Shown here in pieces: positions 1 through 8,937 of a DNA stretch of 64,000 bases. The stretch is from NCBI GenBank assembly GCA_963674745.2, contig CAXXDV010000003.1, forward strand, positions 2,624,001 through 2,688,000, in the 5' to 3' direction. The notes beneath the pieces were generated by a model. The model did not search any database. It had not been told where the DNA came from and worked only from the letters and a program-made list of their open reading frames with translations. The DNA comes from Desulfosudaceae bacterium (GTDB lineage Bacteria > Desulfobacterota > Desulfobacteria > Desulfobacterales > Desulfosudaceae). Both the position numbers and the translations under genes were made by a program. The stretch's first letter is position 1, and each line of letters begins with the position of its first letter.

Positions 1-370
1 CAACCGCGTTGTCGGCCGTGCGGGCGGTAACCCGAATGGCGTTGCCTTCATCCAGGTCGTATCGGTCATAATCCCCGGAATCAGACACCAGGGCCGTCAG
101 CCGGACATCGGACAAAGCATGCAGCATATCATGAACCTGCTTTTCATCCGCCATAAAACCTGACGTGGAGAACGTCCACTGCCCATCGGTTTTTTCAAGG
201 ATGAACGCTTCAGACTGTCCCCTTTTAATTTCGATTTTTCTAATATCGGCGCTTTCAACCGTTGCCAGTTCCGGCAACTGGTAATGGATACGATCTTTAT
301 CCTTTAAATATAAGTACAGACAGGCGCCGATAATCACGGCAAAAAGAATCAGATACTCTTTTTTAAACAT
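1..370 (-). CDS. DUF4340-like membrane-anchored protein (3' end lies outside the window)
   Basis: Hand-translated from ATG at 370: MFKKEYLILFAVIIGACLYLYLKDKDRIHYQLPELATVESADIRKIEIKRG... One N-terminal TM, open to the window edge, directly downstream of a GldG-like gene, the usual context for DUF4340. Confidence 0.7.
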   Translation of the reverse strand, partial: MFKKEYLILFAVIIGACLYLYLKDKDRIHYQLPELATVESADIRKIEIKRGQSEAFILEKTDGQWTFSTSGFMADEKQVHDMLHALSDVRLTALVSDSGDYDRYDLDEGNAIRVTARTADNAV

Positions 371-404
371 CGTTTTTTCCCCTAAGCTGTAATCGGTTTT
401 GGCC

Positions 405-2606
405 CTATTTTGAAAACATCATCCGGAGTTGACGCTTGCGGGACAAGCGGCGGATCCATACCAGGCATCCGAAAAGGATAACCAGCACCGGCAGACCGGC
501 GATATTACCCCATTTGATCAAAGACTTGGCAGCACCGCTCATCTCAAAAACGGGGTTATAAACCTGCCCCTTACTTCTTAATTGCGCGACCTTGTCCCTG
601 CCGTTTAACGTATCCACCAGATTCATCATAAACACCGCGTTGGGCGACCGGCCCTCCGTGTCGAGCATGCGATCATAAAGCATCTGGGAGGATCCCATGA
701 TAAAAATACGGGCCGGCTTACCCTTGGCGATCAGTTTTCCGGAGACCTCGACTGACTCATCGGCCTCAGGCCGAGCCGCTTGTGCGCCCGTTTCCGATTC
801 ATCTATATTTTCTTCATCTGTCGCGTTCTCTTTGACGGGAATGGGTTTACCGGCAAAATAGCTGGGAAATTCTCCTTCCAGGATGGCGGCCAGGGGGAAG
901 CTTTCGCGTTCCATGTTCGGCCCCGGCGGTTGAATGAACATGGGATTGTCAGGCATGCCGCCCGGCCGCTCCCAGGACTTTTTACTGGAAGTAAAAAGCG
1001 TGGTGGCTTTAATGCTGTTGGCCTCAAGGGTATCGTTCAGGAATTCAAGCGGCGCCACATTCATGACCACCAGCCCTTTTATGTTCTTCATAAAGGCCGG
1101 CTCGTTGTTAATATATTCGTTATTGATCACTGGTATAAAATACAGGGACTGTTTCCCCCCGCCGAACCGGGGATCCGTCGCCTGTTCAAAGCAGACCTCA
1201 TCCATCACGGTTGACGCTTTTATCCTGACGCCGTAATGGGCCAGCAGTTTTTCCAGGCCGGTGTTGACGGGCACCAGCTTCGGCTGCGCATAAGGCGATT
1301 TCTGGCCGGCCGGATAGGTCTCATGAAACGGCTCGTAAAAAATTGCCAGGTTGTTACCCCGCATCAGAAACTGATCGATCTGGTACAATTCATAATCGGA
1401 AAACGGTTCCGTCGGACGGGCGATAATAAGACAATCAACGGCCTCTTCTTCCAGGCCTTCCCCGGACACATCGATCTTGGACAAAGAATAATTCGGCGCC
1501 AGCAACTGACGGAAATGAATCAGGCTGTCCGGCGGATTCTGCTGCTGTCCGAAAGTATTGGGCAGGTTCGGGTCGGGCGTGCCGTGGCCGCCGAGAAAAC
1601 CGATATCATCATTGATACCGACCAGGGATTCCAGGGACTCATCAATCTGTTTAGCGATTTCTTTGGCCTCCGGAAGCGAGTAACGGGTGCCGAAAAACGG
1701 CAGATTGATCATATCCAGAACGGGCAGCGTAACGGTATTGCCCCGGTATTGCAGGACCAGGCCGATCAGGCCGTTGCCGGACGGAATCGGAGAGGCGCCC
1801 TTCTGCGGAATTTGCGGCCACTGAAGACGGATCAGGTTAAGCTTGCTCAATTCATCGGCCCGTTCAGGGGCTTTGGCTGGATCCACCGTCGAATAAACCA
1901 GTTTACCGTCCAGCTTGTCATTCAAGCCGGCCACAACATCCCCCATCATTTCAGGCAGGTTCGGCAGTTCCTTGACGCCCATGTGAGAAGCAACCGGTAA
2001 AATAGAAGAGGACATCACCAGGGTCACCTGGACCTTTTCCGGCAGGCTGGCAAAGGCACTGATTTTATTGGCCAGTTTTCGAATGGTCGTGGTGATCTGA
2101 TATTCAAGGCCGTCGGTGGTTTTGATCGGGGTAATTTTCTCTATCATATCACCGTAAATAATCACCAGCCCCATGTAAGCCTTTTTCACCTTGACCTCAT
2201 CGGCCTCGATGTTCTGGACCTGCACGGCGTGAATTCCGTAATCCTCAGCCAGTTTCTGGTCTTCTGAAACTTTCGTCATTTCCCCGCTTTGCGCCGGGGT
2301 CACATTATAAAACTGGTAATTGAAATTCTTGCCGGCATTGGCGGCATACTCCCCCAGCAGGTCGTGAAGGTATTGTTCGGTTATATTGTGAGGCGCGGGC
2401 AGATCTTTGGTAAAAAAGACCTTGATGGTCAGGGGTGCTGAAATTTTGGCCAGCACCTCAGTTGAAGCCGGTGACAGGGAATACTTGTTATCGGCCGTCA
2501 GGTCCAGCCGGAAGAAAAGCGTGATTCCGACGATATTGATCAACACCACCGCGACGCAATAGAGCAGGAATTTAAGATAAGGCTGTGTTCTCGATTGAAT
2601 ACCCAT
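405..2606 (-). CDS. GldG-like ABC transporter auxiliary component
   Basis: N- and C-terminal TMs; RLDLTADNKYSLS motif; GHG and IDQFLMRGNNL segments typical of the GldG/ABC_transp_aux family; in an operon with permease and ATPase. Confidence 0.85.
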   Translation of the reverse strand: MGIQSRTQPYLKFLLYCVAVVLINIVGITLFFRLDLTADNKYSLSPASTEVLAKISAPLTIKVFFTKDLPAPHNITEQYLHDLLGEYAANAGKNFNYQFYNVTPAQSGEMTKVSEDQKLAEDYGIHAVQVQNIEADEVKVKKAYMGLVIIYGDMIEKITPIKTTDGLEYQITTTIRKLANKISAFASLPEKVQVTLVMSSSILPVASHMGVKELPNLPEMMGDVVAGLNDKLDGKLVYSTVDPAKAPERADELSKLNLIRLQWPQIPQKGASPIPSGNGLIGLVLQYRGNTVTLPVLDMINLPFFGTRYSLPEAKEIAKQIDESLESLVGINDDIGFLGGHGTPDPNLPNTFGQQQNPPDSLIHFRQLLAPNYSLSKIDVSGEGLEEEAVDCLIIARPTEPFSDYELYQIDQFLMRGNNLAIFYEPFHETYPAGQKSPYAQPKLVPVNTGLEKLLAHYGVRIKASTVMDEVCFEQATDPRFGGGKQSLYFIPVINNEYINNEPAFMKNIKGLVVMNVAPLEFLNDTLEANSIKATTLFTSSKKSWERPGGMPDNPMFIQPPGPNMERESFPLAAILEGEFPSYFAGKPIPVKENATDEENIDESETGAQAARPEADESVEVSGKLIAKGKPARIFIMGSSQMLYDRMLDTEGRSPNAVFMMNLVDTLNGRDKVAQLRSKGQVYNPVFEMSGAAKSLIKWGNIAGLPVLVILFGCLVWIRRLSRKRQLRMMFSK

Positions 2607-2621
2607 AATACAAAAAGCTCC

Positions 2622-3326
2622 TTACTGTTTTTCACTTAGCACAAGATAGGCCGCGTAAAGGCTGACAAAAACGACACTGAAAAAATACAAAAGGTCCCGG
2701 CTGTCCACAACCCCTTTGGCGATATTCGCAAAATGGGTACCGATGGCCAGGTACTGCAGTACGCTCAGGATGCTTTCGGGCAGGAAAAAAAGCGCGTAAT
2801 CCATCATCGTCAGCCCGAAACAGATGGCCGCCGCCAGTATGAAGGCGATAATCTGATTCCGGGTCAGGGAAGACACAAACAGGCCGATCGCCGAAAAGAC
2901 ACCCCCCAGCAGGACGGCGCCGATATATCCGCCGATTACCGGCCCCCATTCCAGGTCACCGGTAAAGGCAACGGAGACGGCATAAACGCCTGTCGGCACC
3001 AGCATCACCGCGATGAACGCGGCGGCGGCGGTCAGCTTGGCGATCAGGATCTGTTTGATCGTAACCGGCAGGGTGAGCAGCATTTCATAGGAGCCGGTAT
3101 TGTATTCCTCGGAAAAAAGCTTCATGGTGATGGCCGGCACGATAAAAGAGAACATGATCGGCAGCAGCGTAAAGAACGTTGTCAAAGACACCTGCCCTCT
3201 TAAAAAATAGGCGGAAAAAAAGAACCAGCCCGCCACCATGAGAAAAATGGCAATAACAATATAGGCAATAGGCGAAATAAAATATGCCTTGAACTCCCTT
3301 TCAAACATGGATCGTGTTGGTGACAT
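2622..3326 (-). CDS. GldF-like ABC-2 permease
   Basis: REFKAYFISPIAY, PAITMKLFSEE..TGSYEMLLTLP, SSLTRNQIIAF. Start moved to ATG 3326 (MSPTRS), just after the ATPase stop. Confidence 0.88.
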   Translation of the reverse strand: MSPTRSMFEREFKAYFISPIAYIVIAIFLMVAGWFFFSAYFLRGQVSLTTFFTLLPIMFSFIVPAITMKLFSEEYNTGSYEMLLTLPVTIKQILIAKLTAAAAFIAVMLVPTGVYAVSVAFTGDLEWGPVIGGYIGAVLLGGVFSAIGLFVSSLTRNQIIAFILAAAICFGLTMMDYALFFLPESILSVLQYLAIGTHFANIAKGVVDSRDLLYFFSVVFVSLYAAYLVLSEKQ

Positions 3327-3327
3327 A

Positions 3328-4278
3328 TTAATTCTCCCGGGTAAGTTTTCTGAAAATGTTTTCCAGGCTTGGCGTTTCGCTGTAGAACGCCAGCAGATCC
3401 CAGTCCTTCTGCCGGATGCGGGAATAAATATCCCGGCGCGGATCGGACGTGGCCGGGCAACGCAACTGGAGCCGCAACTCGTCCGGCCGGTCGCCGTTTT
3501 CCCCTGCCGGGGCCTCACGGATTTCAGTTATTCCAGCCACATCATTCAGCAATGCCTTGACGGATGCCAAATCGGCACCGGCCAGTGTCAGGTGGATATA
3601 ATTTTCCTGCCCGCCTTGCTGTTTCAGCGCACCGGTAGACTCGTCGGCAACGATTCTGCCTTTATCGATAATGGCAATTCGGTCACAAGTGGCCTCGGCT
3701 TCGCTTAAAATATGGGTGGAAAAAATAATGGTTTTTTCCTTGCCGATCTGCTTGATGATATCCCGGATCTCCACAATCTGGTTGGGGTCCAGGCCGGATG
3801 TCGGTTCATCCAGGACCAGCACTTCCGGATCGTTGATCAGGGCATGGGCCAGCCCCACCCGCTGCTTGTAACCTTTTGACAGCTCGGCCACCGGCTGATG
3901 CATGACATTGTCCAGCCCGCACATATCCACCATGCCCCGAATCCGGGACAACCGGTCGCTCCTGGCAACGCCCCGTAATCCGGCCACGTAATTCAGGTAA
4001 TCATAAACCAGCATATCCGGATAAAGCGGGGCTGATTCCGGCAGATACCCCATCAAACGTTTTATCTCCAGAATGTCCTTGTCCACCGAAAAATCTTTTA
4101 CGCGAATCGAACCGGAGGTCGGTCTGAGAAAACCGGTCAACATTCTAAGGGTGGTGGTTTTGCCGGCCCCGTTGGGCCCCAGCAAACCGAGAATTTCGCC
4201 CCGGCTGATATCCAGATTGATCCGATTGACCGCGCAGAAATCATCATAATAACGTGTCAGGTTTTCAACCCGTATCAT
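3328..4278 (-). CDS. GldA-like ABC transporter ATP-binding protein
   Basis: Walker A GPNGAGKTT, signature LSKGYKQRV, Walker B VLVLDEPTSGLDP; AAGGAG RBS. Confidence 0.92.
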   Translation of the reverse strand: MIRVENLTRYYDDFCAVNRINLDISRGEILGLLGPNGAGKTTTLRMLTGFLRPTSGSIRVKDFSVDKDILEIKRLMGYLPESAPLYPDMLVYDYLNYVAGLRGVARSDRLSRIRGMVDMCGLDNVMHQPVAELSKGYKQRVGLAHALINDPEVLVLDEPTSGLDPNQIVEIRDIIKQIGKEKTIIFSTHILSEAEATCDRIAIIDKGRIVADESTGALKQQGGQENYIHLTLAGADLASVKALLNDVAGITEIREAPAGENGDRPDELRLQLRCPATSDPRRDIYSRIRQKDWDLLAFYSETPSLENIFRKLTREN

Positions 4279-4622
4279 ACGCTGCTCCTTTTCCGGCCTT
4301 GAAAAAAGGCCCGAACACTTCGATTAATTGAACTCACAGATTGGCCCGGGAACATGGTGTCCCCCCCAGCGGGCTGTTGCAGGGATATATAATCATTGTC
4401 TTTGACAATGTCAAGTGCCGCCCCGGTCAAAAATTTCCGCGTCACTTTTGCCCTTCCACATTATTTTGTTCATATGGTGCTGAAAAGCCGGGACAAAAAA
4501 AAATTTTTTATACTATAAATCAAATATTTACGGTTATTCAAGTAACCCCTGGAACCCTTTAGCCTGCGGCCCTTCTCAGAATACAGCAACTGAAACGACT
4601 TGGCCCAAAAATAACCTGAAAC

Positions 4623-4826
4623 TTAAATCCTGCCTTCGTTAACCAGCCGGGCAAAATGGTTGAAGGAACGGTCATACGTTCTTTCCGCGTCATCAGAAAA
4701 ACAACAGGCCGGCAGCTGTCGCATTTTAAGATGATAACGGATACATTCACAACATAGGCCTTTGCGGGAGCAGGGCTCATAAGAACAGTTACAATGCTGC
4801 ATGTTTTGCGACTGGTTGCACTCCAT
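4623..4826 (-). CDS. Small Cys-rich protein (DUF6485-like)
   Basis: [21 protein letters not shown]...LPACCF...YDRS pattern; GGAG RBS upstream. Confidence 0.75.
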   Translation of the reverse strand: MECNQSQNMQHCNCSYEPCSRKGLCCECIRYHLKMRQLPACCFSDDAERTYDRSFNHFARLVNEGRI

Positions 4827-4984
4827 CAGATTTCCTCCATTTTCTTTGCCGGTTTACGATCAAATATTTTACAACCCGTACAGAGCTTGATCCGGTATAC
4901 AAAATCTGTCGCCGGGTATCAACAGGGTTTTAGGTTTGCGGTTCAGGGTTCGGGGTTCGGGGTTAAAGGACGTTCGCAATTGTT

Positions 4985-5042
4985 GTAGGGGCAGGCCCCT
5001 GTGCCTGCCCGGGAAAGGGCAACCACAGGGGGTTGCCCCTAC
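4985..5042. repeat. Inverted pair of GTAG-family REP palindromes (REPIN-like)
   Basis: GTAGGGGCAGGCCCCTGTGCCTGCCC (4985-5010) faces GGGCAACCACAGGGGGTTGCCCCTAC (5017-5042). Confidence 0.8.
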
Positions 5043-5142
5043 GAACCGGGGTAGACGTTTATGGGTGCCACGGGGCGACCGAGGTTGCCCCTACGAACCG
5101 GGGTAGACGTTTATGGGTGCCACGGGGCGACCGAGGTTGCCC
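5031..5142. repeat. 52-bp tandem direct repeat (two units plus a partial) containing REP half-sites
   Basis: ggttgcccctacgaaccggggtagacgtttatgggtgccacggggcgaccga starts at 5031 and 5083; ggttgccc recurs at 5135. Confidence 0.9.
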
Positions 5143-5208
5143 GTGATTGGTCAAAAGCACGGAGAGTACGGGCAAGCTGCCGCCCTTGGCCCCCCTCAAA
5201 CCCCGTCC

Positions 5209-5312
5209 CCTTAATCACTTAATCACCTGACCACTTAATCACCTGGGCATCTAACCACCGGATCATCTAAAACAAAAACGCTAAAACCTTGAAACTTTAA
5301 CACCTAAAACTT
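5209..5312. repeat. Degenerate 8-mer tandem repeat tract (ttaatcac/ctaaaacc-like)
   Basis: ccttaatcacttaatcacctgaccacttaatcacctg...acctaaaactt; reverse-complement matches occur at 11591-11675. Confidence 0.8.
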
Positions 5313-5339
5313 CTATCACACCAAATCCGAGAAATTGAT

Positions 5340-5366
5340 TTGACACCGCCCCCGGAGTGCTATAAA
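5340..5366 (+). promoter_or_regulatory. Putative sigma70 promoter
   Basis: TTGACA (5340-5345) and TGcTATAAA (5358-5366); the 15-bp spacing is short. Confidence 0.4.
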
Positions 5367-5385
5367 TAATAACTATAAAAACAAT

Positions 5386-6123
5386 TTGTTATATAAAACA
5401 GGTACGGCGCCCTTGACCATCGACCGCATCATATCCACTCGCCTGACCGCGCCCCGGGATTCGTTTGAGGAAGCATTCCTGTCGGAACTGCTGATCAGCG
5501 AGCGCCTCAGATTGACGTTTCTGTCCGCTTTTTTCGCGATTGCCGCCCTCTGGATCTTTTTTTCTCCCGATTTCTTTGTCGTCCAGTTTCCGCTCCGGGG
5601 TTTTTACCGCGGTATGTCATGGCATATATGGTTTTCCGGTTTCTGGGCGCTGGTCGCCCTTTATGAATTCATTGTCAGCCAGGTTTTTGCGCTGTTTAAA
5701 AAAAACAACCGCCTGCCGCCAACAGCCGCATTTTATATGAACGCCCTGGTTGAGGCCAGCATACCGACCCTGGGCCTTTTCCTCATCTCCCGGAACATCG
5801 GCTTAAACGCCCTGGCCACCCCCATGCCTGTCTTTTATTTTATCTTTATCATGCTGTCCACCCTGCGCCTCAACGTCAATCTCTCCCTGTTCACGGGTGT
5901 TGTTGCCGGTTACGGTTATCTTGGTGTGGCCATGCTGATCCTGTCCGAACAGAAGGCGTTTATCCCCTGCACCACACTGCAGAACATCGCTATGCATCGG
6001 GATAAAGCCTTATTGTTGCTGATGTCCGGGGTAGCCGCCGGATTCGTGGCTTACCAGATCCGCAAACGGGTTGTCGGCGTGATGGAAGCCATGCAGGAAC
6101 AGAGCCGGGTTGAAACAGCTTGA
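5386..6123 (+). CDS. Polytopic membrane protein resembling the N-terminal membrane anchor of class III adenylate/guanylate cyclases; catalytic domain absent
   Basis: About 6 TMs with ERLR, EASIPT and YFIFIMLSTLRLN motifs; the ORF stops right after the post-TM helix (EQSRVETA*). Confidence 0.55.
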   Translation: MLYKTGTAPLTIDRIISTRLTAPRDSFEEAFLSELLISERLRLTFLSAFFAIAALWIFFSPDFFVVQFPLRGFYRGMSWHIWFSGFWALVALYEFIVSQVFALFKKNNRLPPTAAFYMNALVEASIPTLGLFLISRNIGLNALATPMPVFYFIFIMLSTLRLNVNLSLFTGVVAGYGYLGVAMLILSEQKAFIPCTTLQNIAMHRDKALLLLMSGVAAGFVAYQIRKRVVGVMEAMQEQSRVETA

Positions 6124-6166
6124 ACGGGTTACCGGTGCTGTTTTCTAACGCTTAAAAGGAGAACGA

Positions 6167-7468
6167 ATGTCGTTGTCTCGTTTAAAAAACCTGGAAGACG
6201 AGATGAAAAAGTGCTTCCGCTGTTCTTTGTGTAAAATGGTCCCCCTACCCGTTGTTGCCAACCCGGCTTACTCAGACGGTTGCCCTTCGGCCAGGGAATT
6301 TCATTTTCACGGATATTCCGGATCCGGAAAACAGATCATGGCATTGTCGTTGCTGGATGGAAGAATCACGGTCGACGAAGACCTGGCGGAAATCGTATTC
6401 GCCTGCACGACCTGCGGTCTTTGTGATGTCGCCTGCAAGTTCATTATGGCGGCGGAGCGGCACCAGGTAAACATGGCACTGAGGGAGCATGTGGCCGAGC
6501 AGGGATTTACCCCGGCGGTTTTACAGCGAAAAATACACCGGCTGAAAAACCCGGATGGGCATCCTGATCAGGCCGGTGCTTGCGGCCATAAGTGGGCAAA
6601 AAACCTGGGGCTGAAGCTGTTGCCCAAAGACAGGGCCGATGTCCTGCTTTACCTGGACTACCGTTCATCCGGCACTGCCGCCGCCATGGCCACAGCCGGG
6701 AAGACGGTTTCCATATTCAAACAGGCCGGTGTCGACTTCGGTGTCCTGGGCGACGATGAGCCCTGCAGCGGTTTGCCCGCATACTGGACAGGGCATCGGG
6801 AACTGTTCTCCCTTCTGGCGGCCGAAACCCTCGAAAAACTGATTAATACAGGAGCCGAAACGGTAGTGGTCACCTCCGGCGCCACCCTGGGCCTGCTTCG
6901 TTCCAAATATCCGGAATATGGCCACCAGGCCGGCGGGCTTAAAATCCTGCACATAACCGAATATATAGAGCAACTGCTCAGAAAAAACCGTTTAGAACTG
7001 CCCCGGCCGGTCAACCGAAAAATCACCTACCATGATCCCTGCTACCTGGGACGTCAAAGCGAACCGCCGGTCACCTGGCACGGAGAGAATAAAGTCACTC
7101 ACGGTTGCATGTCGTATACCGACCCGCCCAGACCGATCAATACCGGCTCCGGGGGCGTTTTCGACGCACCGCGCAACATCCTTCGGGCCATCAAAGGGCT
7201 GTCATTTGTGGAAATGTGGCGCATCAGGGAGTACGCCTTCTGCTGCGGCGGCGGTGGCGGCGTCCCGGATGCTTACCCGGAGCTGGCCGCTTCCGCGGCG
7301 TCTCACAGGCTTTCCGAGGCCGCCGATACGGGCGCGGACCTGCTGGTCACCGCCTGTGACCATTGTGTGGAAAATTTCAACCGCTGCCGTAAAAAAGAAA
7401 ACACCCGGCCAATCCCGGTGGTTAATATTGTGGATTTAGTCGACCAGGCGATGTCAGGAGAAAAATAA
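6167..7468 (+). CDS. HdrD/GlcF-like Fe-S oxidoreductase (4Fe-4S + CCG domains)
   Basis: CFRCSLC, CTTCGLCDVAC, YHDPCYLGR, CCGGGGG, TACDHC; AGGAG RBS. Confidence 0.88.
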   Translation: MSLSRLKNLEDEMKKCFRCSLCKMVPLPVVANPAYSDGCPSAREFHFHGYSGSGKQIMALSLLDGRITVDEDLAEIVFACTTCGLCDVACKFIMAAERHQVNMALREHVAEQGFTPAVLQRKIHRLKNPDGHPDQAGACGHKWAKNLGLKLLPKDRADVLLYLDYRSSGTAAAMATAGKTVSIFKQAGVDFGVLGDDEPCSGLPAYWTGHRELFSLLAAETLEKLINTGAETVVVTSGATLGLLRSKYPEYGHQAGGLKILHITEYIEQLLRKNRLELPRPVNRKITYHDPCYLGRQSEPPVTWHGENKVTHGCMSYTDPPRPINTGSGGVFDAPRNILRAIKGLSFVEMWRIREYAFCCGGGGGVPDAYPELAASAASHRLSEAADTGADLLVTACDHCVENFNRCRKKENTRPIPVVNIVDLVDQAMSGEK

Positions 7469-8937
7469 TGCCCCGCCCGGAATACATTGAAAAGCTCTTG
7501 GCTGTTTTAAACGATACGTCCATTATTACCGATCCGGACAGGCTGCGTGCCGTTGTCCCGGGCAACCCGCTGCTCGCGCCCGGCATCCCCCCCGCCTGCA
7601 TCATCCGGCCCGACGGCACCGGCGAGCTGGAAAAGGTGCTTCATTTCGCCAATGAAAACAAGCTGAATTTATGCCTGATGTCTTCTTCCGGGAGCCATTA
7701 TCACGGCGGGTTCATCGCTTGCCGGGAACACGCGCTGGTTGACATGTCTTTGTGGAACGGCATTCAATGGATTAACCGGAGAAACCGGGTTTGCCTCATC
7801 CAGCCCGGTGTCACCTACGGCGGGCTTCTCTCTGCCCTGGCACCGGAAGGGCTGACCGTTCCCATGCCCCTGGCCCCGCCATCCGGGAAAAGTGTCCTGG
7901 CCGCATGTATGGATCGGGAACCCGTCACCTGGCCCAACCGGCAGTGGGATATCGGCGACCCCGTGGCCAGTACGGAATTTTATTTCGGCAGTGGCGAACG
8001 ATTCCGGACCGGAGCGGCCGGCGGACCGGGTACCCTGGAAGCACAACGAAAATCCGGCGGGGCTCAAAAATGCCCGAGCGGTCCTTCCCAAACAGATTTT
8101 CACCGGGTCATCCAGGGCGCCCAAGGGACCATGGGGGTTGCCACCTGGATGACCATACGCGCCGAAATTAAGCCTGCCAGGCAAACACCTTTTTTGATCG
8201 CAAGCCGTGACCTGGACAAGCTGATCACCTTTGTCTACGCCGTTCAGCGCCCCGGACTGGGCGAGCACACCTTCATCGCCAACCGTGTCTGCACCGCCAT
8301 GCTGTTTCACGCCCGGCGGGGATTGGATTATGCCGCTCTTGCGCGGGAACTGCCGCCGTATATCTGTTTGCAGAATATTGCCGGCTTTGAGTTACTGCCG
8401 AAATCAAGGATCGCTTACCAGAAAAAAGACATCCGGCGTAAAGCCCGGCAATCAGGGCTGAAAATGGAAAAATCCCTCGGCCGGGTTTCGGCCGCGGATT
8501 TCCTGGACATCGCCATTACCCCCTGCGGCCAGACCGACTGGCGGCTGGGGCTTTACGGGGATTGCCTTTCGGTATTTTTCCTGTCCACCCTGGACCGGGC
8601 ACCGATGCTTATCGGCGTTTTTGAAAAGCTTGCCGGCAAGCATGGTTTCGGTCCCGACAGAATCGGTATCTACCTGCAACCGGTGGTCCAGAATCACGGC
8701 TGCCACCTGGAATTCATGGTTCCCTATGACAGGCGAAGCGACCTTTCCGTTATCCGGGAACTGGAACAGGAAAGTGTCGATGTCCTCATGCGCAACGGCG
8801 CTTTTTTCAGCAGGCCCTATCTTTCCGCAGGTGACCGGGTGTTTGATAAAAACAAACAGAACACGATTGTGTTAAAAAAAATAAAGCATATTTTTGATGT
8901 CAACCGGATTTTAAACCGGGGCAAATGGGGACTGTAA
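7468..8937 (+). CDS. FAD-binding oxidoreductase (VAO/GlcD superfamily)
   Basis: IQPGVTYGGL, GAQGTMGVAT, C-terminal KHIFDVNRILNRGK; start overlaps the upstream stop. Confidence 0.85.
   Translation: MPRPEYIEKLLAVLNDTSIITDPDRLRAVVPGNPLLAPGIPPACIIRPDGTGELEKVLHFANENKLNLCLMSSSGSHYHGGFIACREHALVDMSLWNGIQWINRRNRVCLIQPGVTYGGLLSALAPEGLTVPMPLAPPSGKSVLAACMDREPVTWPNRQWDIGDPVASTEFYFGSGERFRTGAAGGPGTLEAQRKSGGAQKCPSGPSQTDFHRVIQGAQGTMGVATWMTIRAEIKPARQTPFLIASRDLDKLITFVYAVQRPGLGEHTFIANRVCTAMLFHARRGLDYAALARELPPYICLQNIAGFELLPKSRIAYQKKDIRRKARQSGLKMEKSLGRVSAADFLDIAITPCGQTDWRLGLYGDCLSVFFLSTLDRAPMLIGVFEKLAGKHGFGPDRIGIYLQPVVQNHGCHLEFMVPYDRRSDLSVIRELEQESVDVLMRNGAFFSRPYLSAGDRVFDKNKQNTIVLKKIKHIFDVNRILNRGKWGL

Noticed and set aside
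405..4278. Bacteroidetes-type gliding motility locus
   Set aside because: No gldK/L/M/N or other T9SS genes; GldAFG-like ABC modules are widespread in non-gliding bacteria.
4985..5312. CRISPR array
   Set aside because: The 52-bp units are identical throughout with no unique spacers, there are only about two units, and no cas genes are present.
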